Below are positions 48,960-61,703 of a stretch of DNA of 64,000 nucleotides, in pieces. The notes under the pieces are model-generated. The model was given only the letters and a program-made list of their open reading frames with translations. It did no database searches and was not told where the DNA came from. A program made the position numbers and the translations under genes. Origin of the DNA: Yuukianura sp. NJ FZ-2021 (lineage: Eukaryota); NCBI GenBank assembly GCA_046563655.1, contig CM102283.1:3534001-3598000 (forward strand), read 5' to 3'. Each line of letters begins with the position of its first letter. The first letter of the stretch is position 1.

Positions 48960-51358
48960 GTTCAAAAAATTTTAAATATTTTTCAATTTTTCAATTTACA
49001 AAATAAAATTTGAAAAAAACTCTGTTTCTGATTTCAGACCCCCCAAAACAGCATCCAGTTTAATAAAAACCAAGAAGTTCAGAATTCAAAAAAACAATAA
49101 AATTTTGTGTTAAATTCTAGATTCTAGAAAATGTAAAATTTTAAAAAACTAGCAGTCACTAAACAAGTTTTGTGTAAAAGTTAAAGTAGACAGCCTTCAA
49201 ATAACATAACAAAAGTAACAATTTTTTAACATTTTAAATGAGACAGATAATTAACTGAATTAAGTTAATTAAGCACAACTAATGTATCAACTTATAATTG
49301 TAATTTAAGAGACAGTTCAAGACTCTAAACAAATTGATTCGAAAAACAAGTGTTTTCAGAAAAACATTTTTTGAAACCGCATCCTTAAACTTTCAAAAAG
49401 TGTAAAAAGAATACCGAAGAAACTAAGAATCAACCATCCAGGATTGACGAAATTACGAAATATTTTCGATTTTTTTAATGTACGGTCCTGCCTAACTTGT
49501 TTTTGAACTCTAAATTTTTGTTGAACTTTTGTGATTTTTTCTTGTTTTAGGAAAGCCCTGTCCACAATTTAATCACAACCCATCACCAAATCCTACATTT
49601 TTTTTTAATTTTCAAAAATTTCAATTTTTTTTTCAATATTTTTTTCATCTAAAACCATCATCCTCTTCTAACCAACCAATTTTCACTATTAACATTTTCG
49701 TTTTTACAAAGTTTCACCGGATTGAACCAAATTCAATTGAAAATTCCAATTTCGAATTGAAAAAAAAGTTCCAAAATGGATCAGAAGTAAAACCGGAGAG
49801 AACCTGCACAGACTAGTTAAATTTTCATTTCATGATAGTCTTTCCGTGGGTTAAAAGTTAAAATAAGTTAAAATATTTTTGTGTTAAACTATTTTTAACT
49901 ACACAAAAGTTGTAATTACAAGAATAGTGCAAATGATTGTTTTTGTTACAAGACGGAGAAAACTAAAGATTACAAAATTTTAGTCCAAATTGCTACTTTT
50001 TTAAAAAGTACAACTTTTTGTGCTGTACAAGCTGTGGAGTGGTTTGACATCTTTTGGAAGTTTCAGTCTAATCCAATTCCGAACAGGTAAAGGTCGACCT
50101 CTCGTCTCACATAATGTTTCACTTTTCAAAAAGTAAGATTTTTTTTTAGAAATTTCAAAAACCCGGTTTTGAAAACCTAAATAATCTCAAATTGTGATGC
50201 CTTCGAGGTTACCATGCTTTGCAAAGTCAAAAAATTCTCATGCACATTTCTAAACATAACTAAATTTAACTAGCCTAACATTTCAATTACAAATAGAACA
50301 AAGTTAACTTCAACTTTCTACGGAAATCAAATTGCTAACAATCCTACGACCAATGGATCAAAAGTACGAAAATATTTACATGTAACGGGATTATGCTATG
50401 CATATCTATCGCTTATGTCCAATCAGATTCCAGAATCCGCATTTTCAATTTTTTTAAAATTTTTACAACTAAAGTAGTCCGGTTTTCAACATTTTTTGAA
50501 TAATTTTCATTATTTTAACAAAAACCGGGCACCTTTTGGCGCCATTTTGTTTTTTGACTCGTTCGAGCGCCTCACAAAACCTTAACTTAATTACTGTATA
50601 CTTTTTGTAAATATTTAGCATCAGTCTCATGTTGACATCAAATACATAAGAAACCATTTCGAAATCCTCTTTCAACCTTACAACTTTTAACTTTTAAGTT
50701 AAAAGTGCTAGCTTTTAACATTTAACTTTTAGTTTGTACAAGTCAGTACATTCAATTAAAACATCGTTTAGCCTCAACTCTGACACTACTGTGCCTCACG
50801 TCCACGTCCCAAAATTTTCATTTTTTTTATCTACAGGAGTTTCCATAAATACATTTCGATCAATTCTCTCGTTTCTTTCTCTTTTCAAAAAAAAAAAGTT
50901 TCAATTCGCGGATCTTTGAAATTCAAAAAAACTCAAATTCCAAAATTTAAGAATAAGCTGTACTATTCTCCAACACAAGCTAATGCTCTACCTAACTACA
51001 CTAAAAACTCAACTTAAATGGAAGTCAATCCACAAAAACTAAAAAGTTTGGCCGCGGGTTCGAATGCTGCCACCCCCATTTTGTCATAAAGCTACAATTC
51101 ACTATTAAATTCTAAAAATCCAGTGCTAGTCAGCCTTAGTTTGTCCAGTCTTAAAACCTGGTCATTCTTCCCAAAACTAAACAAAACAAATCTAACAATC
51201 TAAAATAAAACATAAACTATTAAAATATTGACAGTCCGACATATTAAAAATCCTCATTCCTTACGAATCTTCAGTTGACCTCTGACCTTGGTCTCTTCTT
51301 GTCCATGTTATAAGTGACATGCGACATGCAACATGCCATAGACATGTGACATGCGCAG

Positions 51359-54300
51359 TTAGTTACTGAATGCTGGTCCCAGTGCTGCTTCTGTCATGCT
51401 CAGACACAGTGACTCCAGTCTGGAAGTGATGTCCATCGCAGAGGAACACGTCGTTCCGAGATGGCTGGATCCGAATTGATTGGAGTCGGCTGGGCTCGAA
51501 CCCGTGAGCCCCGTTCCCGAGGACGTGTCTAGATCCAACTTGACGAGTCCCGGCGGCTGTCCAGGAGAGAAGTTGCTTGAGCCAAAGTGGACAGTGGTTG
51601 GGGTAGTGGACGTAATCTGTTCAAAATGAGTGGCTATTGAGGGTGGAGAGGAAGACAATGATGCGAAGAAGTTGGGGAGGGGGGCTGATTTAGTACGATG
51701 AACAGAGAAGTGCGAGGAGGACCTGGCAGACTGACACAAAAAAAAACAAATTGTGGGAATTTTTAACTTTTAACTTTTGCTTTTAACGTTAGCTTTTAGC
51801 TTTTCAGTTAAAAAGTGAGTGAAAACGGAAACAAGGTTAAAAGTTAAAGGTTAAAAGTTAAACAAGGAAAGAGAGGGAGAGAAAAGGGGCGGGAAAAGTT
51901 AGAGATTTTGAAAACTGTAACTTACGTTACGTTAACGTTAGGCTCAAGGTTAAGGGATGGGTTAATACCGTAAAACTTGTAATACATGCCCAGGCTCCTA
52001 TTTTTCGCGGTTACAGAATCAGGTTGTATAGGAGACCCGGCGTGTATTAGAAGTTTACAGTGGGTTAGTCAAGTGCAGAGGCAAAGCACAGAGGGTTACC
52101 GGGTTAAGTTTTAAGCAAGTAAACGTTTGAGTTACGTACTTCCAGAATGGAGTCTTGCAGACTTGGACGTTTGGCCATGAACATAGCATGGAGAGAGTTG
52201 CCAGTAGTACTGGGAGTACTGCCAGTATTCCATCCAGTACTCAATTGGTTCCCAAAGTTCAGAACACGCGGGGAAAAGTGACGAGAGTGCTTTGAAATCC
52301 CTCCAGAATTGGGACTTCCCGTATTCCTTGAAACCAAAACGTTAAAAATTCAAAATCAACCACTAAAAAGTTGTAATTTACGTAAATCACATGTGTTTAT
52401 AACTTTACCAATTACAAATTAAGTCAATTACCGGTGGTGAGAGTGGAAGTGTGGGTAAGGGTAATGGCTTCCACTTGAGTTTCTTCTGGAAGGTACAACT
52501 GACGGTGACTGCTGCTGTCTCCACAGTGTCAACATTCTCTTCTGCTTCATCGTAAATGCATCATGTGACAAGCATCTTTCCAGCACAGACACCAACAGTC
52601 CTTCCAGTTCCATGTCGGGATTCAATTCACATGCTAAAAACACAAAGTACGAAACCAAATTAACATAAATCTAAATGTATGAAGCCAATTACTAGAACGT
52701 GTCATGTCGTTGTCATTGTCATGTCATGACAATTTGTTCGTCAGTTAAGCACAATTACCTTTCCCTATGACACGCAGAATCCAAACTGTCAAATCATCTT
52801 CCCCTTCGCCCATTCCTGTTGCCTGTTTCTGTTGTTGTCCCTGTTGGAAAGACTGCTGTTGATCTCTGTTGGGCGGAGTGACATTGGGATTCAAGTTCTT
52901 GTCAGGAGGCTGGAATCGGTTTGTCCCAATTGGAGCCATGACGGTCGTCCCTTGAAGTCCTCCTTCTGGACATGGAGTGGACTCCTCTGTTGATGTCGTT
53001 AGTGTCTGCTGGAGTCCAGATCCAGATGAATGAGGTATCCTGGAGGATATTGGTTTAATTGGAGTAGTGAGAGTCCACTTGACTTCGTTGAGAGCATTAC
53101 GAATTGTGTCCTTCTCGGATCCCATTTCATCATACACTTTCTTCAGATGAAACACACGTTCACGCAATTTGGCAACGGAAATGATGATTTTGTGACGAGC
53201 GCCCTTCGTCACCCCTTGCAGCTCCAGCTTCTCTTCGTTTAAATCCAGCATCTCTTCGAACGTCAAGTACGCAAAGAGGTAGGCGTACTTGTGGAGGCGA
53301 AGGGACTTGAGCCATGATGGAACGTCTGAAATTTAAAAAGAAATCCAATTAATTGAAATTACAATAAAACTAATTACTTAACAAGTACACTTAACATAAA
53401 CTAAACTTAAAAGTAATTAAAAGTTAATTGATTAACGATCAGTAAATTGAAACGGTGAAAAAAAAAGTAGCCGGGCCTCAAGTCTACGGTCACTGCACGC
53501 GTGGCGCGAAAAAATTTTAATTATGAATTTCGCGCCTTGGCTGAAATCACGTGATCGCTGCTATGGAGTTTTTCATTTGCCTTTTTGTTTGGTGTTTCTC
53601 TATGCAAAACCGCCCGCCTTGCTAATTTTTCCCTCTTTTCTCCCTCCTCCGATTTTTCGGTTTTTATTTCTACTGAATCAAAGTTAATCTTAATCGATTT
53701 TAGACTAGACTCATCAATTAACTAATTATCTCCTGTACTTGACTAGATTGGTGACCTGGTAAAAACGGATCATGTCGAGTGTTGCTGTTCCACCATTCGT
53801 TAAGGATTTCCTGGCAGGCGGTATTTCGGCCGCAGTTTCTAAAACAGTGGTGGCTCCAATTGAGCGTGTGAAGCTCCTGCTCCAAGTCCAGCACATTTCT
53901 AAGCAAATTGCCGAGAAGGACCGCTACAAGGGCATCGTCGACTGCTTCGTCCGAGTCCGTAAGGAGCAAGGGATCCTCAGTTTCTGGCGTGGGAACTTGG
54001 CCAATGTCATCCGATACTTCCCCACTCAGGCACTCAACTTCGCTTTCAAGGTAATCTGGCCTAAACGTTTGTGTAACGTTATGTATATCGATAGATAATC
54101 TAGCCCAAATGTTGACGTAACGTCGTCTATATCGATAATCTAGGCTAAAGTTTATGCTAGAGTATCGACTATGTAACGTTACACAAACGTTTTGGGCATA
54201 AACGTTTATGTAACGTTATGTATATCCTTAGATAGCATTATAGTTAATGCTGTCCATTTGTTTCATTCCAGGATGTGTTCAAGAAGATGTTTCTGGAAGG

Positions 54301-56617
54301 GGTGGACAAGAAAAAGCAGTTCTGGCGCTACTTTGCTGGTAACCTTGCTTCTGGTGGAGCCGCTGGAGCTTCTTCGCTCTGTTTCGTCTATCCACTAGAC
54401 TTTGCTCGAACTCGTTTAGCCGCTGATGTCGGTAAGGGCTCCAATCGAGAGTTCACTGGACTACTCAACTGCTTGACCAAAGTGGCCAAGGCTGACGGAA
54501 TTAGCGGACTCTACAAAGGGTTCTCAGTGTCTGTCCAAGGGATCATCGTCTACCGTGCTTGCTACTTTGGATTCTACGATACTGCCAAGGGACTTCTCCC
54601 GGTAATTAACAACTTTAGAACCTTCAATTACTTATAAGCTAAGGTAAACCAGTAATAATCTATGTGTATTTGACAATTGACAGGATCCGAAGAAGACTCC
54701 GTTGTTGGTGTCCTGGATGATTGCTCAAGTTGTGACGACCGTATCTGGAGTCATTTCGTATCCATTTGACACTGTGCGCCGACGTATCATGATGCAGTCT
54801 GGTCGACCACTCAACGAGCGTCCTTACAAGAACACTCTGCACTGCTGGGGCAAGATCGCCAAGGACGAAGGGCCCCGGGCCTTCTTCAAGGGAGCCTTTT
54901 CCAATGTCATTCGAGGAACTGGGGGGGCCTTGGTCCTTGTGTTCTACGATGAGGTCAAGGAACTGCTGTTCCCTGGATCAGGTGGATCAAGCGGTGGAGA
55001 GTAGAGCCATCACTGCTAAGCTAACATTCCTCATTTCTAAAAGTTTAACTTTCCAAATCAAAATTTTTCAATTCAAACTAACTTTTTTGAAATTACTTTT
55101 CTCATTTGAACATAACGTTTAAAAAATACTTGTCTAGAGCTTATCTGTACTTTCTGTAATGAACCTTGTTGAGTTGTGAGATAATAAATTTTGAAAAATC
55201 TAATTAGCTGAAGCGATTAATTGAAGTTGCAACTGACCTTGCATTCCTGGAGCGGTGAATTGTGGTTTGGAATCGTCCAAGTGTGACTCACTTCCAGAAC
55301 CGGAAGAAGCCAGAGAGCTCTGCGGACTCAGCTCTGACGAAATCGACAGGCTCCTCGGCTTATTTGAACACAGTTCATCCTGCAAAAGGTAACGCAAAAC
55401 AAATTTTTAACATTAGTTTTAACAATTTTAACATTGGTTTCAACAATTTCAACATCAGTTTCAACAGTTTTAACTGGGCTTTTGAATGTTTTACCTGAGA
55501 GTTCCATCCTTCGGAATGGAGAACAGGCGGGGTAAGGCTGTTGCTGCGACGGATTCGGTGGAAGTTTATGGAACCTCCGTAGTTGCCCAAGGACAAGCCA
55601 CCTATAACGACATTCTAACTTAATTAGTTCAACTTTAATTAACTTTTAATTAATTTAATTAACTTTTTAACTTGTAATCGTCACCTTGCGAGGAAGGTGA
55701 GCCTGAATGTGTGTTTTGGTTGGCAGAGACTCCTGTGTTGATCGGTTGGGATGCGTGGCGTTGATGATGGTTTTGCCAAGTATTTCCGAATCCATTGGGA
55801 TTTGGTGGACTGTTATTGCAACTGGATGGATAGTGACTGTCTCCGTGGGATGGGGAACTGGACAACTTATCTTCAAACTGATGCAGCCAGTTGGCAAACA
55901 ATCTGAAATGAACAACAATAATAAGTCAGTCTTTAATTGACATTGAAATATTTGGACTAAAGTGTCAACTTTGATCCTTACCCTCTGTCTTCCACCGTGA
56001 ATGCTGGATGGATGAGACTGTAGGACAGGAGTTGACGAGCCTCTTCCATCTGAACACAACTGTCCAAAGTGTACTTGAGTACTTTGGGAATAAGGGCCAA
56101 GTAGATGTTCTTCACATCATTGTTCTTTGGATTGAGCAGAGGCAGATAGCACAGCAACTCACGGATCAAACTGTCCTTACTCTCGATATTGGCCAAGGAA
56201 GCCACGTAATCTAACAATACACAAATATTTTAACATGAAAGTGATTGCCAGACATCCAGAAATATCAAACATGTTATTGAGAAATCATCTCATGTCACTT
56301 GACACTCTTTGTCTTGTGTCTGAGACAGTCTAACTTTTAGTTGATTACTCAATTGGCATGTTGATGTGTCTGGAGGGAGTTAATTAAAGTGGATTTTAAT
56401 TACTTGTGTTGACTTTAGACTTACTGGAGTCGTTGGCTAGAATTTCAGTTCTCCTCAAATCGGCACAGTCAGCAACTTGGCGATGAAGAACGGAAGTGAT
56501 GAACCGTGCCTGGGTGGGTTGGAGACGACGAAGAAGGGCTACCATGGCAACGGTTTGTTCGCACGGCGTCCAGCGATCGAACCACGTTGACACGGTGCCC
56601 ACTTGCTCACGAAACAT
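51359..56617 (-). CDS. smg: Smaug/SAMD4 RNA-binding translational repressor, 738 aa
   Basis: Exons 56617-56425, 56210-55982, 55902-55685, 55601-55495, 55379-55238, 53325-52759, 52633-52432, 52326-52140, 51730-51359. N-terminus [32 protein letters not shown] domain [18 protein letters not shown]...[15 protein letters not shown]-terminus [15 protein letters not shown]. Confidence 0.96.
53503..53554 (+). promoter_or_regulatory. Inverted pair of E2F sites plus a palindromic E-box in the nested ANT promoter
   Basis: GGCGCGAAA 53503-53511, TTTCGCGCC 53528-53536, TCACGTGA 53547-53554; ~220-270 bp upstream of the ANT ATG. Confidence 0.6.
53772..55004 (+). CDS. ANT: Mitochondrial ADP/ATP translocase (SLC25A4/5/6, sesB family), 309 aa, nested antisense in a Smaug intron
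   Basis: Exons 53772-54050, 54272-54601, 54684-55004. Motifs [89 protein letters not shown] at ~55183. Confidence 0.98.
54086..54137. promoter_or_regulatory. Two DRE palindromes (TATCGATA) in ANT intron 1
   Basis: Exact TATCGATA at 54086-54093 and 54130-54137, within a locally repetitive intron. Confidence 0.5.
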
Positions 56618-57769
56618 GATCTTGAGAGCCTCTTTCTGACTAATCCTGTAGATTTCTTAGTGAAAAGTTAATTGAAGGGCTGATTATTGGTTCGAGCCGA
56701 AGTCTCTCCAGAAGTATCGACCCGTCCACTGTTAGGTCAGGAGTCCATGGACAATGGTTGCGTCACTTTCCCTGAAACAAAAAAAAAGTTTTAGAAAACT
56801 GCTAGGTTGAAATTGAAAGTTGAAAAATCATGGTTGAAATTTCTTCATAAATGTATTTTGTGGGCAACAATTTTGAGGATATGGGTAGTAGTGCTTAGGA
56901 AGGATTAGTAATTGAATTGGGAAAATTGAAAAAGTGAATTACTTTCTCTACAGATCGAGTAACTCTAATAGTTAGTAATTCAATTCCATCTTCCACAAAA
57001 CTTTCCCGATTTCGTATCCTTTCTGCTAGTTAGATTTCGATCAATCTAACATCTTTGACCCCATGACCCATGACCACGACATGACCAAGAATTCGTTCCA
57101 AGAACGTTTTACATAATCCAGAAAAAATTATGCACTCATGGCTTCTCCATTTCCGTAGGGTTCATGAATAATTGAACAATTACACCCATTGTAATCCCGT
57201 AACCTAAAAGTAATTCGCCCTTGAACTTCAACTTCAGAGATCAAACGACAATAGCCGAAGCTACCAACTTAAATGTCCGGAACTCTAAAATTAACTATAG
57301 TTACAATCATTAATTACCAATTCGTAATTGTAATTACTTTCAAAAGTTAATTAATTTTTGACATTGCGACTGGCTGGACACTGGACAGGAAGGCAGGCAA
57401 CGAAACGAGCTACGTTTTAAATTCAAAACAAAAAATCGCGCCTTTTCTTTTAAATCAAAAATGTAAACAAAATCATGTGACACGTGACGCGGGAAAACAT
57501 TAGACGCTAAATTTAAATCGGTTTTCTCCCTCTGTTTTCTTTGTTTTTGTTTTCATTCAGCGTCTTTTCCAAGTTCCCAGCTGTATGCAAACGTTAATTA
57601 TTTTTTTCAATTAACGGTAGTTTAACTTACAATTACTGGTTGAGCTAATTCCGAAAATCATAGACTGGTGGAGCTGGAGCACGAACGACTTAGGACGTAA
57701 GCAGGTATTACCACAAAATAGCACTGGTTAACGTAAGTAAAACGTAAAATATAAACAGTAACTGACTGT

Positions 57770-58150
57770 TGAATTCAATTGACAGAACCCGCTCAGCAAC
57801 TGAAGTGACTGAACTCAACAAGTTTTGTAATGTGAAGGGAGGACTACGGAATGGAGAATAAGCGATGCGTGATGATAACTGGTGGATGGACTGGACACAA
57901 CTGACCGATACTAGTAACATAACCTCATCTATTACTCCACTTCAACTCCAAATGTGTACTTCACTTGCTAATCTATAAATACATTTCATCACTTTGGTTT
58001 TTACAGTAACTATAAACCGTATAGGCCGAGGATCCAAGATGACACAAGTCCAGCTGACATTTGTTTTGATTTTTGGAGTACTTGGATATGATGTTGAGGG
58101 TACCATGAGTGGACAGCGGTACTGCCAGAGTGATACTTCCCAGCACACTG
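57770..58150 (-). mobile_element. Possible decayed hAT transposase C-terminal fragment
   Basis: Broken-frame peptides CVILDPR (cf. hAT ILDPR) and LLSSVTSVAERVLS (cf. dimerisation-domain SIPATSVxSERxFS), in the expected order. Confidence 0.35.
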
Positions 58151-58879
58151 CTATCTTTTTCGACCAAAGTGGATACTAATGGTTGCAAGAGGGTGAGGAA
58201 CCTTCACCTTAACCCTCGCCCCATGCCCTCCATTTATGTTTATGTCTTCGCCCTGTCATAAATCTCTGAACTTAAACAATCCTTTGGCTCTTTACAGAAA
58301 CAAGACTGGATCTGAGAGACTCAGGATATCCAAAAGAACAGAAAGTGGAAGGAACTTGGCCATGACATAGCAACAGACAATGGTCGTGACGAAGTGCGTC
58401 TAGGCCGAGAGACTCCACATGTTACCCATTATGTCCATCCGTGGTCCCTTGAAGGGACCCCTTCTGCAACAACATTGGGCACTTTACTAGTCCAACGTAG
58501 AAAGAATAGTAAGAATTTAAAAGACCCGTCGATATACCCAACACCAAACTACTCTGTTAAAAAAAAGTTAAAAAGAAAAGTTTTAAAAAAGTTTCTTTAC
58601 AGAACAATGCATCTTGAAATGGAATCCCTCGGGGCCAATCTCCTCTGCTCTCAAAGTCTATGCGTGGAGTGTACAAGAAGATAATTTTGGACCACAATTT
58701 TTCTGGACACTCAACTTTGAGCTGTATATGGAATGGTATGTCCTTAACCCTGGAATTCTCTTGTCCAAGTCCAAGTTGTCTATGAACCAACACGATCTTG
58801 TACTTGATGTCTTGTTTTTTTTTCAGATTGTGCTTTTGGTCCAGTCTAGAAAATGAAAAACGGATACTTTTGCAGCAGC

Positions 58880-59720
58880 GTCTTCACGGTTTCGCATTTC
58901 AGCTCTCCGGCTTTTTCAAAATGAACTCTTCTCAGGAAGCGAAAAAAGACAAAAGTAATGTCTTGGCGCTGGATCGCTGTTTTTCTTTGTAAAAAATGTC
59001 GTGAAACCTTGACTTCTTCCCTTTTGGAACTGGTGTGAACACGCTTATCTCATCAAGCCATCGAGAAGAATCTCACATTCTCACACCACAACAGAAAATA
59101 AGTTGTACAAAAAATAACTTAGTTGAATCTTCTGTTCCAAAAGTAACTCAAAACAACTTACTTTTTGTTTCCAACTGAAATTTTTTATGACTTGTTTTTC
59201 AGAATTTGAGTTTTCAACCGGTCGGGTGACATCCAGCACTGCAGTGTGCAGCAAAAGCACAAAGTCGTGTAAGTTTAAACAACTTTTGTTTTTGTTTTAC
59301 AGATTTTGGTATAAAACGAGTTTAAAAAGAGGTGTTGTTTTTGCAACTTCTGGAACAGCTTGCTGAACAACTCAAATCTGACAAAAGACAAAAGAGTAAG
59401 AAACTGCTGGATGCTGATGAAATGACTCCGGCTTCAGGACTGGAACTCTCCAGAGACTTCCAGGACTGGAACTCTCCAGAGACTGACATGCGAAATAATG
59501 TGTCCACGAACCAGCATCAAGCACGCACATACAGCACTTTATTTTGGCCTTGGCACTCTAAACGCTTATACTTCGCACGTTTCTGCAGCTGCTCCACGGT
59601 GGAAACTTTTCTCCGAAAACCGTGAAACAGCGGTTCGCCGTGAGGAACTGTAACCTGTTGTGGGTGGAGAATAATGTGACACACTGGTGGAATTCCATGG
59701 CTTTAGTTAGTGTCAAAATG
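58880..59720 (+). mobile_element. Possible decayed BED-finger/hAT transposase N-terminal fragment
   Basis: Frame-broken FLCKKCRETL...GTGVNTLI..SH....H (BED-like) and, further on, NNVTHWWNS (cf. hAT DVxTRWNS). Confidence 0.28.
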
Positions 59721-61387
59721 CCACCTACTCCGCATGACTTCCTAACCTACTCTTCGAAGTACTGGTACTTCCAGTACACAAATACTTGCAAGTATCCCAG
59801 TATACTAGCTTCTAAGTTTCTGTTGGAATGACGTTAGGGGGTGATAGTCATAGTCTAAAGAATGATGTTGACTCTGCTTTGTTCCAGGAAAGGACTAAAG
59901 AGACTAAAAATAGAGCGGATGTCTCCAGAGTGCCTGGGAAAGTGAATAGATGAGACACTCTTGGCAGAAAGTGAAAGCGAAAAGGCATAAATTGGATTTT
60001 ACGACATCAAACATCACAACTCAAACCAACTTTTTCCACTAACAGGTAAAATCTCGGAAGTTTAAAAAATAGCGTTTCAGAAAGTTTAAAATGCAAAACT
60101 CAGCAAATCGATTTTGATGCTCAACTGCCATTAATTTTTCGCTTTTCTGAAATCAGACAAATCCAACTTTCTCCGTTCAATTTTTCTCAAGTTTCAAAAA
60201 TAATTTCAATGTCAATGTCAAATTGGTACATTTTTTCTCATGGTTGATCTAAGGGCCCTTGGCCCTTATTCCTCGGTCAAGATCACCGCATATCTTTTGT
60301 TCAGTCCCAAAAAGTTCAAGGGTACGCCTCACACTTAATCTTTTTCAAACAAAACAAATGTCGGAAATCTTATGTTTGAACAATTTCAAAAATTGTGAGT
60401 GAGTCATCCTCATCATCACAAGACTCATCGATCACAAATACAACGCCCACCATTTTCAAAATTCAAAACTACTTTCCAAATTCGCAACTTTTTTCAAAAT
60501 TTTGAAGGTGACAGGCACTGTCAATGTGGAAATTTGGAATTTGAATGGTTTTTGAGCAGTTAATGTTGATTTGCTTACCTTGAAAAGTATTTTTGAGCCC
60601 ATAACGGCGGAAGCACATGACTGTCACTAGTCGCAATGTCACCCAATTACAGTGACACTGCTTGACATCGCCACCGTTGTTGTCACTTTTGAACTTTGAA
60701 CTTTCGTCTTACTTTGTAAAATTTGTTATACACTGAAATTTATTAATTTTGACTTTGTTATTGTTCCTTTTTAGACCAAAACAAGAAGAAGAGCTGTATG
60801 TAGCTGTATATTGGTCTGTTGTTTGCCAACTACTCTGTCGCTAGGTGGAATCCTGGACTGAGCGTCTATAACCCTCCCAGCAAGAGTTGTTGGTGGGAAG
60901 ACTAAGCCCCACCGAACTGAGCCGAATGCTGTGCCGAAGTTACAGCAAATGAATCATGGATATGAAGAGCCCTGGCCATGGCCATGCACTGTACAATTCA
61001 AGAGTCACTTTAGTTTGAGAGATGTGTTGGACCAAGATCATTCCCCTCCTCCCTCCAGCTTATTCTCCTTCGACTAAAAACCATTTCATAAATGCTTCAC
61101 TCTGAAATTTCAGAGTGTTTGGAGATGATAAAAGTGAGGAACAATGTTTGCAGGAGCATAAGGATCCACAACACACAGATTTTGAAATGCCGAATGGAGA
61201 TACAGAACGACGCAGTTCCTTGTTTATAAATACTTACAAAAATATCAACGTGATTGATGGTGGTGTAGGTCAATGACCTTCTCATTTTCAATAGTGACAT
61301 TTCAGTTGATAAGTGGAAATGTTAACTTTAACTAACTTTAGATTTTTTAGTTGGAGACAGTTGGAGTTGGTTATGGAGAATCTTGAA

Positions 61388-61402
61388 GCTAGATGGCGCT
61401 TG
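61388..61402 (+). promoter_or_regulatory. CTCF-like motif
   Basis: GCTAGATGGCGCT matches the core of the CTCF consensus. Single motif only. Confidence 0.35.
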
Positions 61403-61703
61403 TGCTGAGATGAAAAAGCAAAGAGTGAAAACGGAAAAATCGGAACTTGCGTGGATTCAAGGTTCCTTGGGAATCAAATTGAACTTTCTTTAACAGGTTA
61501 CGCGATAACTCAAGTTTTCAGAAGTTTTTTGACTCAAACAATTTTTTAAAGAAAAAGTATTTCTTTGTTGATCAACATTGTGCAGATTGAGACTACGATG
61601 GTAGGAGTGGATTTAGGTTTTTAGATTTTTAGTAACTTTAGTACAACTTCAACATAACAGAAACCAATTTACATATTTATCTTACTTTAGTTAGGTTATG
61701 ATA

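Noticed and set aside
55375-55494. LKLLKLM repeat resembling an amphipathic peptide
   Set aside because: Read-through into a 21-bp repeat inside a Smaug intron. The real exon ends at 55495.
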